From the human T2T-CHM13v2.0 reference genome, Homo sapiens: DNA of 64,000 nt. Location: the NCBI RefSeq assembly GCF_009914755.1, contig NC_060931.1. The stretch is one strand, 5' to 3'. Positions within the stretch are counted from its first letter, which is position 1; each line of letters starts with the position of its first letter. Positions 31,235-42,090 of the stretch are shown here, piece by piece. The translations under genes and the position numbers were made by a program. The notes under the pieces are model-generated. The model ran no database searches. It was not told the origin of the DNA and saw only the letters and a list, made by a program, of their open reading frames with translations.

Positions 31235-31779
31235 TATACAAGTACCCCAAATTTACTTAAGAGTTTAACATATTAAGTTGGATTTCACTTCTAGATGTAA
31301 TTACCTTGGAAACTTTCATTTTTACTCACAGATATGATTTTTTCAAATTGTTAATAAAATTCTTTTTTGAGTTCATAAAGGACACGACACTTTGGTTGCC
31401 ACCGATAATAACTAATTTTAAGATGCTCTCACGAATCATACTCTCTCCTTCTCTGCATTTTTTAGAGCCTGCTTCCCACATTTGATTCATTGGCATGGTG
31501 CATTCACCCATAGTGCAGGCTGATGCCTTCCATAAGGTAGGCACCAGCCATCTGCCTCCTCCATTCCTCCAGAATATGAAAGGGACTCAGACTGCTTTGA
31601 GTTAATCATCTCAGAGAAAAGAAGACGATACTAAGTTGGTTTTTAAAACAATAGTCTTTTTCTATTGTAATTCTTATTAATTATAGTCTAACACCAAAAA
31701 AAAAAACTCTTTTGTAAATCTTACAGAACAGATATGTAAGAATTTTTTAAAATAACATGACAAATAAAAATTATCCCTT

Positions 31780-32338
31780 GGTTAATATGCCATGGGCATT
31801 TATTGTACAGAAGGTTTAACAATATTTACCATTCATAGAAAGCAGCTTACATATTAAATGCAACTGAATAAATGGGAACCTATGTTAAAACTGCCAGTGA
31901 AATCACACCTATCAGTGACACTAGTACTCTCAAATCTAATAAATATATCCTTTCATATTATGAGGAATAGGCCTAACCCTTCTGTCAAAATTCTAATCAA
32001 CTGGATGCTCATTAAGTATTATGTGGTGCTTTCAAGCCTGATGAAATGCAACCTCTAATTATTTGGCAATCAAAAGAAAATAATCAAATAATCACTGTAA
32101 AAACTTCTTTCTTTAATGTAAAACATGTGGCCATTATAAAACATTCTTGTTCATGAGGAATTTCTTCAACTGTATGTATGGATTTATATATATATACATA
32201 CCTGCACATATATACAGCATATGTATATGTGTCTGTATTATATGTATTAAATGAAAGATTATCCACATTTTGTTCTTTAGGATCTTCAGCAGCTCTCTTC
32301 CCATCACAATAGAAAGGCCTGAGCTAACATTTCCATTT
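31780..32338 (-). ncRNA. Candidate minus-strand terminal exon / 3' UTR-like segment
   Basis: Acceptor tctgccttttgcAG at 32340-32339; TGTA next to AATAAA (31804-31799), followed by a T/GT-rich downstream element. Confidence 0.4.
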
Positions 32339-33152
32339 CTGCAAAAGGCAGATTTTGTTCAATTAAAAATTATAATGCCTTAAATTTCCACAAACACATG
32401 AATTTATCTATTTTTCTTTTACAAACCCATATAAACATAGATGCAGGCACCCCAAAGAGAGAAAAAAAGCCACATCCTTTTTCTAACTCAGGCTGTCATC
32501 CCACTCAAAGACAATCTATTATTATGAGTTCAAACAAAAGACAACTAATAAAAATATTATCTACAAAAAATGTACACCAAGACTGTACTGTTATTACAAA
32601 ATTATAATGTGTATTTTACACTCATTTCTAAAATGTCTTGGCTAGCTTGTTTGCAATAATTCAAACTTCAGATTTAAAAGAGCAAACAATTCTTATAAAA
32701 AACAAGCTGAAACTAAAAAGAATTCTTGGTGTTTGTAGGACACAGTCTATTCTCATTAAATAGGAACTCAGGATAGAATCACAAATAACACAATTAAAGA
32801 GAACAGGGTTCCTTATATTATTATTTTAAAATGAATTTGCGCATTTATGAATTGGGATGATTAGAGATGAAAGAATAAATCTTACACAGCTCAGTTTGCC
32901 ACACTACCTTCTAACTCATCTTAAACACAAGGCTTTAAGAACTCACAAATTATATCAGCATATAGAAACCCAAGAATACTTATACAAATTATTGCCACCT
33001 ACTCCACCCTTAGAGAAATTAGCAGAAGTCTTAGGAAAACACCCACCCCCAACAAATGACCCAGCCTTTACTGACTTGAGTCCTATCCTACTAATGCTTT
33101 TGAAAAACAAAACCATTGAAAATGGAGCTGAAAACTAAAATCATTATCTTGA

Positions 33153-33558
<406 letters not shown>

Positions 33559-34784
33559 TTCTCGCATCTTGTCAATGGTAGATAAGTAGGCAGTACCTTT
33601 GCCATGTAAAATAGGACCATAAACTAAAATGAAATTAAGTGTATTGTTTAAAAGATTTTAACTTCTCTATCCACATATAGGATAGTGGAAAACATAAACC
33701 TTTTCTGATTGTTCTAGGGAAAAGTAAGCATTTTCCCCTCTATAGCAAGTGACAAAAGACTGTAGTTCTCTAAAATATTTAATTATTACAGACCTATCTC
33801 CCCTGCTAGACTAACACTTCATGAGGGGAGGGGTCTATGTTATTATCACCTCTCTTCTCCCAGGGACTAAAACAGTGGCTAAAACATATAAGGCACTCAA
33901 ATGCTCACTTAATTTTATATATTTTAGCATGAGTATTTGTCATTTACATATTCTGCTGACCAAATGGGATAGGCAATAAGCTACTGCTCAAAATTTTAAC
34001 AGGAGACCACAAAGTAAATTCTCCCCAAGGGTAAACTTAATATCCTTGCCTTCTCATGATGGTGACTTCAAGTGTCTAAAAATATGGCACTCTACATGCC
34101 ATAAGAAGGTACTGCCTTTTCATTCAGGGTATGAATATATAAATATATCTTTGACTTTACAGCATATGGTAATAACTTAAAAATTATATGCCTAATTGTG
34201 AAAAAAAAAAAAGAAAAAAAAAGAACTCTTCTTGCCAGAATCCAAGTCCCATGAAAGTAGCCAATGCTGTCTCATTAGTTAGTAAGCTAATGGAAATGTT
34301 GCCAGCATTTCTTTCAGTGTCTAGAAAACAGAGTGTGCAATGTGCCAAGTCTTCACTGATTTATTTTTGTAAGCAGCAGTGTAATAAACCCAAAGAAGCC
34401 AAAAAAGCAAATTTTTAAAAAATAAATATTCATTTGCTATCAAGATGGGTATGACCTTTTTACCCAAGCCTATTACTGACAATTCAGAAAGACTATGTGA
34501 AATAGTCACTCATTTATCTTAATTGCATTTGCAGGTACTACCACCACTCAAGTTTTAAAATGTTTTTAAACACTCAAGTTTGCATTCCTTTAGCTTTTAT
34601 ACAAGAAACCACATTATTTTACATACATATTAATTATTTTCTGACCTTTCAGGAAAACCCAATAATATAAATCTACAAAATGAAATAATACTCAAGAATT
34701 CCACTTTTCTCCCTTAGCAATGCCTGCACATAACCTTCGGCTTTAAATTCACTGTGTTTTATGGGAATTCTACAAATAAGCACC

Positions 34785-35030
34785 ATAGCGGGGCTCAGAA
34801 GCAGGCATGTCCAGGAGTAAAGCTGGTTGAGTTCTGGCTCCAGGACTTACTGGTTGTTAATACTTTGGGGCAAGTTATCTCAGCTTTCTAAGCATCAGTC
34901 TTAAATCTACAAGATGGAGATAATTCAGTATCCATCTTAGTGTTTTTGCAAAAGATCTAAATGCATTAATTCATGTAAAGTGCTTAGGGCAACTGAAAAG
35001 TCAACAGAACTCAATAACAATTATTATTAT
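34785..35030 (+). mobile_element. MIR
   Basis: ttggggcaagttatctcagctttctaagcatcagtc ... catgtaaagtgcttag. Confidence 0.8.
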
Positions 35031-35799
35031 GCATCAATATGGATACTTGTTTAAAAATAAGCTGCTTGGGAACATGGATACTGTGTATATTTTCAAAGCT
35101 TGCTTTCTCTCCCTGTTTTGATTCAGATACTGTCCTAAAACTTTAGCTATTTCACTTACTTAGATGAATTTCATCCTCACAAACTATAAGAAACCTACAT
35201 ATTACGGTTCTCGGATTTAGACAAAGTTAGGACCCAATGTTCCTTTTTAAAACATCTCAACATTTCTATAATCTTTTATGCATAATAAAATATCAAAAAT
35301 AGACTAGACTTGCAATAGAACAGTGTTTATTTTCATGGTTGCATTCCTAAAACAAATGTATACGCGTGAAGTCTGGCTATTTAATCACCTGAGACGGAGG
35401 AGTTTCATGCTGGAGATAGAATATCAGCTAGTTTTCAAAACCAAGTAAGATTTCAGTGGTGTACATGGCATACAGGCTGGGCTAAGTAAGATTAACAGAC
35501 TGAAGATAAGTGGGCACATTATTCAGAGCACAGAGATTAATCAGACTGGCTAGTGAGCCATATATACTAGTGAGAAGGTGATCAATGAAGCAGGAAAGAC
35601 TAGGACCAAACCACAGAGGGCCTTGACTGACTCGCTGAGCCTGGACTTTGTTTTCTGGGCAAGGAGGATTCATTTTCAATAGTTTGCAGGTAGCACTGCT
35701 TGGAGGAGCTGGAAATGACGAAGGGGTGAATTTATGAATTCAGAGACTGGTATCAGTTGCTCAAAGTGGGGGACTTAAAGGGTGGCCAGGGGTAATTAA

Positions 35800-36381
35800 T
35801 ACTCAATTCCTCTCTCTCCCTCACATTCCTCATCTGCACCTCCTATCAAAGCTACCCCCAAATACATCTCAAGTCCACAGGTTCTTCACCATAAGCACTG
35901 CCACCTCAATTGTCCATGCCAGGCTCAGGTCTTCGACTGCTTTAGCAAACTTCTAAGAGGTCTTTTGGGCTCCACTTTGCACTGTTCCCACCCAGTTTCC
36001 AAAACACATCAATTCTCCACAGTTCAGCCAAAGTAATATTTAAAAGTGTAAACTCAATGATTTCATTGATTTACATAAAGACCTTTCAATGATTTTCCTA
36101 TGATTCTTCCATTAAAATCTATGTTCTTCTTCTTTACTTACAGGAGTCTAGCTGCATGAATATTCTTCCATTTACTCTTCAAACCAAGCTTCCTCCTGCC
36201 TCAGGAAATATTATTCCTTCTTTACAGAGTGCTCTCCCGCCACCACAACATCATTTCAGAGCTGGCTCCTTTCCACCTTTAGCATCTCAGATTTAAGGTG
36301 ATCTCCTTCCACACTTGCTTAGCACCCTTTCTTTTCCTTAAAGTATTTTCTGTAATTTAGAGCTCTTCTATTTTGTACATG
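35800..36381 (+). mobile_element. L2 fragment, continuing at about 40220-40640 after the LTR block
   Basis: caattctccacagttcagccaaagtaatatttaaaagtgtaaactcaatga; the L2 3' end (tgtctgtctccc...gaggacaggaacc...aataaatactattgagtgaat) resumes after 40220. Confidence 0.7.
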
Positions 36382-38626
36382 TGTATTAGTCCATTTTCAT
36401 GCTGCTGGTAAAGACACACCTGAGATCGGGCAATTTACAAAAGAAAGGAATTTATTGGACTCACAGTTCCACATGGCTGGGGAGGCCTCACAATCATGGT
36501 GGAAGGTGAAAGGCATGTCTCACATGGTGGCAGACAAGAGAAGGGAGCTTGTAAAGGGAAACTCCCATTTTTAAAACCATCAGATTTCATGAGTCTCATT
36601 CATTATCATGAGAACAGCACAGGAAAGACCCACCCTATAATTAAATCACCTCTCACCAAGTTTCTCCCATGACACATGGGAACTATGGGAGTTACAAGAG
36701 GAGATTTGGGTGGGGACACAGAGCCAACTGTATTGTTCTGCCCCTACCCCTCCCAATTCTCATGTCTTCACATTTCAAAACCAATCATGCCTTCCCAACA
36801 GTCCCCTAAAGTCTTAACTCATTTCAGCACTAACTTAAAAGTCCACAGTCTAATGTCTCATCTGAGACAAGGCAAGTCCCTTCTGCCTATGAGCCTGTAA
36901 AATCAAAAGCAAGTTTGTTACTTCCTAGATACAATGGCGGTACAGGCATTGGGCAAATACAGCTGTTCCAAATGGGGAAAACTAGCCAAAACAAAGGAGA
37001 TACAGGCCTCATGCAAGTTCAAAATCCAGCAGAGCAGTCACATCTTAGAGCTCCAAAATGATCTCCTTTGACCCCATGTCTCACAACCAGTTTACACTGA
37101 TGCAAGACATGGGTTCCCATGGTCTTGGACAGCTCTGCCCCTGTGGCTTTACAGGGTACAGCCCTCCTCCTGGCTGCTTTCATGGGCTGGAATTGAGTGA
37201 CTGCGGCTTTTCCAGGCACATGGTGCAAGTTGTCAGTAGTGCTACCATTCTGGAGGTCTGGGGGACAGTGGCACACTTCTCACAGCTCCACTAGGCAGTG
37301 CCCCAGTAGGGACTCTGTGGGGACTCCCACCTCACATTTCCCTTCTGCACTGCCCTAGCAGGGATTCTCCATGAGAGCTCCACCCCTACAGCAAACTTCT
37401 GCCTGGATATCCAGGCATTTCCATAAATCCTCTGAAATCTAAGCAGAGGTTGCCAAACCTCAATTCTTGACTTCTATGCACCTGCAGGCTCAAAACCATG
37501 TGGAGCTGCCAAGGTTTGGTGCTTGTGCCCTCTAAAGCCACAGCCCAAGCTGTACCTTGGCCCCTTTTAGTCATGGCTGGAGCAGCTGGGATGCAGGGCA
37601 CCAAGTCCCTAGACAGCACACAGCACAGTGACTCTAGGCCTAGCCCACAAAACCATTTTTTCCTCCTAGGCTGCTGGGCCTGTGATGGGACAGGCTGCTG
37701 TGAAGACTTCTGACATGCCCTGAAGACATTTTCCCTATTTTCTTGGGGCTTAACATTTGGCTCCTCACTACTTACGCAAATTTCTGCAGCAGGCTTGAAT
37801 TTCTCCTCAGAAAATGGGATTTTCTTTTCTACTGCACTGTCAGGCTGCAGATTTTCCAAACTTTTATGCTCTGCTCCCCTTACAAAACTGAATGCCTTTA
37901 ACAGCACCCAAATCATCTCTTGAATGCTTTGCTGCTTAAAAATTTCTTCCTCCAGATACCTTAAATCATCTCTCTCAAGTTCAGAGTTCCACAAATCTCT
38001 AGGGCAGGGCAAAATGCCACCAGTCTCTTTGCTAAAACATAACAAGAGTCACTTCTGCTCCAGTTCCCAACAAGTTCCTCATCTCTATCTGAGACCACCT
38101 CAGCCTGGACCTTATTTTTCATATCACTATCAGGATTTTTGTCAAAGCCATTCTACAAGTCTCTAGGAAGTTCCAAACTTTCCCACATTTCTCTGTCTTC
38201 TTCTGAACCCTCCAACCTGTTCCAACCTTTGCTTGTTACCCAGTTCCAAAGTCGCTTCCATATTTTCTAGTATCTTTTCAGCAGCACCCCACTCTACTGG
38301 TACCAATTTACTGTATTCATCAGTTTCCATGCTGCTGATGAAGACATACCTGAGGCTGGGAAATTTATAAAAGAAAGGGGTTTATTGGACTCACAGCTCC
38401 ACGTGGCTGTGGAAGACAACACAATCACACGGCGGCAGACGAGAAGAGAGCTTGTGCAGGGAAACTCTTACTTTTTAAACCATCAGATCTCATGGGATGC
38501 TTTCACTATCATAAGACCAGCTCAGGAAAAACCTGCCCCCATAATTCAATCACATTCCACAACACATGGGAATTGTGTGAGTTACAAAATGAGATTTGGG
38601 TGAGGACACAGGGCCAAACCATATCA
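36382..38626 (-). mobile_element. Full-length THE1 MaLR element (3' LTR 36382-36735, internal 36736-38311, 5' LTR 38312-38626)
   Basis: Two homologous LTRs (tgtattagtccattttcatgctgct... / ...gccaaaccatatca) flanking THE1-int; the 219-aa minus ORF (CPRDLWNSELERDDL) is the THE1-int ORF remnant. Confidence 0.93.
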
Positions 38627-39710
38627 TCCTGAAGGAGGTGGATTGATAGAATGGTGGAATGGCTTTTTGAAGTCACAATTACAATGCCAACTAGGTGATA
38701 ATACTTTGCAGGGCTGGGGAAAAGTTCTCCAGAAGGCTGTATATGCTCTGAATCAGCATCCAAAATATGATACTGTTTCTCCCATATCTAGGATTCATGG
38801 GTCCAGGAATCAAAGGGTGGAAGTAGAAGTGGCACCATTCACCATCATCCCTAGTGATCCAATAGCAAAATTTTTGCTTCCTGTTCCCACAGTATTATAT
38901 TCTGCTGCCCTACTGGTCTTAATTCCAGAGGGGGAAATGCTGCCACCAGGAGGCACAACAATGATTCCATTAAACTGGAAGTTAAGGTTGCCACCTGGAC
39001 ACCTTGGGCTCCTCCTACCTTTAAGTCAACAGGCTAAGAAGGGGGTTACAGTGTTGGCTTGGGTGATTGACCCAGACTATCAAGATGAAAGCAGTCTACT
39101 ACTCCGCAATGGAGACGAGGAAGAGTAGGCATGGAATACAGGAGATCAATTAGGGCATCACTTAGTATTACCATGCCCTGTGATTAAGTTCAATGAGAAA
39201 CTACAACAGGCCAATCCAGGCCGGACTACAAATGGCCCAGACCCTTCAGAAATGAAGGTTTAGGTCACTCCACCAGGAAAAAAATCCAAGCATGCTGAGG
39301 TGCTTGCTGAAGGCTAAGGGAATACGGAATGGGTAGTACAAGAAGGCAGTCATCAATATCAGCTACAACCTCATGACCAGTTGCAGAAATGAGGACTGTA
39401 ATTATCATGAGTATTTCCTTCTTTTGTTAAAAACATGTTTGTGCATGTATACACTTGTAATAAGAAAATATCTTCATTTTATTTCCTTTTTCCTTTATCA
39501 TGTGACATAAGATTTATTGACTTCATATCAGCATTTAAGTATTGCTAACTTTATATAATAGCATTTGGTTTGGGGATTGGTGCATTTCCGGTTGTAGAAA
39601 GGATAGCTATATTATGTTAGACATAACTAAGACTTTATTATTGTCTTTATTTGAAGATTAGGTATGATCTCAGGAGATGTGTATGGGTTCAAGTTGACAA
39701 GGGGTAGACT
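38627..39710 (+). mobile_element. HERV-L internal 3' fragment (integrase C-terminal part, dUTPase remnant, PPT)
   Basis: ORF 38643-39128 has IEWWNGFLKSQL...LQKAVYALNQ (IN) and IPLNWKLRLPPGHLGLLLP...VIDPDYQDE (dUTPase); stop codons downstream. Confidence 0.92.
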
Positions 39711-40176
39711 TGTGATGATTAATACTGAGTGTCAACTTGATTGGATTGAAGGATGCAAAGTATTGGTCCTGGGTCTGTCTATGAGGGTGTTGCCAAAGGA
39801 GATTAACATTTGGGTCAGTGGGCTAGGAAAGGCAGACCCACTCTTAATTTGGATGGGCACCATCTAATCAGCTGCCTGTGTGGCCAGGATATAAAGGAGG
39901 CAGAAAAACATGAAAAGGCTAGACTGGCTTAGCCTCCCAGCCTACATCTTTCTCCTGTGCTGGATGCTTCCTGTTCTCGAACATCGGACTCCAAGTTCTC
40001 CTGTTCTCGAACATTGGACTCCAAGTTCTTCAGCTTTGGGACTTGGACTATCTTCCTTGCTCCTCAGCTTGCATACAGCCTATTGTGGGACCTTGTAAGA
40101 TAATACTACTTAATAAACTCCCTTTTATATACATATCTATCCTGTTAGTTCTGTTTCTCTAGAGAACCCTAATACA
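39711..40176 (+). mobile_element. MLT2A (A2-like) LTR, the 3' LTR of HERV-L
   Basis: tgtgatgattaatactgagtgtcaacttgattggattgaagg ... gagaaccctaataca; internal 30-bp tandem duplication at 39970-40029. Confidence 0.92.
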
Positions 40177-40218
40177 ATGTGTGTGTGTGTGTGCGCACGC
40201 GTGTATGCGCGCGCACGC
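40177..40218. repeat. Alternating purine-pyrimidine (TG/CG) tract
   Basis: atgtgtgtgtgtgtgtgcgcacgcgtgtatgcgcgcgcacgc. Confidence 0.9.
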
Positions 40219-40265
40219 TTGGTTGGTTGGCTTGGCTTTTGTCTGTCTCCCATACCAGGCTGTAA

Positions 40266-40558
40266 TTTTTTTTTTTTTTTTTTTGAGATGAAGTCTCCCA
40301 GGCTTGAGTGCTATGGCGCAATCTTGACTCACTGCAACCTCCGCCTCCTGGGTTCAAGCAATTCTCCTACCGCAGCCTCCTGAATAGCTGGGACTACAGG
40401 TGCACGTCACCACGCCTGGCAAATTTTTGTATTTTTTAAAAGTAGAGATGGGGCTTCTCCATATTGGCCAGGCTGGTCTTGAACTCCTGACCTCATGATC
40501 CACCCAACTCGGCCTCCCAAAGTGCTGGGATTACAGGTGTGAGCCACTGTGCCTGGCT
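40266..40558 (-). mobile_element. Alu (S type)
   Basis: Poly-T followed by Alu body. Confidence 0.93.
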
Positions 40559-40934
40559 GCTAGGCTACAAATTCTGAGGACAGGAACCACATCTGTACCA
40601 GGAAAAAGTAGGCCTTCAATAAATACTATTGAGTGAATATTTTAATGAACAAAGAATAATTAAAGGAATGAAATTTTAAAATATGAAAATATTAACAATA
40701 AAAACAAAGCAGAAGGCATTGGAAAAAAAGATTTTTGTGAAGGAAATAGGAGATGGATGAAAGAAATTGCTTCAGAAGATAACGTTTAAAATAGACGGGA
40801 ACTGTGTTCCAGGTACCGCACTAGATGCTTTACATTGGTTATCTCTTAATGTTAAGAATTAAGTAATTCTCAAAGGCAATGGCCAAATAGCTAACTTTTG
40901 CAACTCCAGATCCACTCTCCCTATTGTTTTCCAC

Positions 40935-41585
40935 TGTGTAGTACAGAATTTAACCTTCCCCCAGATGGGATCTGGCCTTTGTCCTTGGCTTCTGATGGGT
41001 AATCTCTAGGCCCCCGAAATGTCAGGAGTGTCTGATTGCCTGGAGGCCTTGGGTCATGCTAGAGAGTCTACCAATATGAATTACGGTAGGGCCTGGTCAC
41101 ATTAGTAAAACCAATAATTCAATTTAATGTAAGGGTTTTGGGTTACATGGTATCAGTCAACCTAGAGACTGAGATCAACCACAGAGGCAATCCATCATGT
41201 CTATGATTGTATATGGAGCCTCAGTACAAACTGTGAACCCCAAGACCTAGATAAGCTCCCCTGCTCAGCAGTACTCTATCCATATTGTCATACATTTATT
41301 CTAGGAAAGGAATGTGTCCTGATTCCACAGGGAAAGACAATGGAAACTTCATGTCTGGTACTTTCCTGGACCTGCTCTATGTGCTTCTTTCACTGGCTGA
41401 TTTTAGTTTGTATCCTTTCCCTATCATAAACCACAACCATGAGTATAGCAGCTTTCAGTAAGTTATGTGAGTCCCTCAAGCAAATTATCAAATTGGAATA
41501 TAGTTATGGGAACCTCTACTCAGATGAAATCAGTATCAAAGGAGAGATCAGTGTTGGGAACTGTTCTCTCTAACTTTGTAGTTGG
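40935..41585 (+). mobile_element. MER77/MER21-group ERVL LTR
   Basis: gatctggcctttgtccttggcttctgatgggtaatctctagg; ataaaccacaaccatgagtatagcagctttcagtaagttatgtgagtcc. Confidence 0.65.
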
Positions 41586-41919
41586 CTTAAACTCTCATAT
41601 CTACCACAGTCTCTGACCTGGGAAGCTGACCTATATGGATGACATAAATAGGCGTAACCTCTGCCTTAAGTTTGGGTGGGACCAATGCGGAGCCCAGATA
41701 AAGGCTAGAGGCAGACGGGAGGGAGAACCTAGCATTTACGAATGTGCTTCTCCCCCAGTGGAACTGCCTTAGATTGGCTGTGTCATTTTTTGATACCAAG
41801 TCACTGCTCCTTCCCTTCTCCCTTTGGAAAAGCACATTTGTAATTAGATTAGTTCCTTTAAAAATAAATATTTCTCAACTTCTCCTAATCTGAGTGGACT
41901 ATTTATTTTACTGTTCGTA

Positions 41920-42090
41920 AGGTCACCAATACAGAAAAGCACTATTTCGTAGGAAAACTGATGCTCAAAGAGACTATGAGGAAAAAGAAAAAAAAGACTT
42001 GTTTAAAGTTACATGGTTAAGAGGTGGTAAAAGTGACATTCAAACCCAAGTTTGTCTAATGGCCAAGTATATGCTCTTTCCATTACCTTA
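41920..42090 (-). mobile_element. MIR
   Basis: gaaaactgatgctcaaagag ... attcaaacccaagtttgtct. Confidence 0.7.

Noticed and set aside
37386-38045. 219-aa ORF, the longest in the window
   Set aside because: It lies in THE1-int and is the degenerate MaLR internal ORF, not a host gene.
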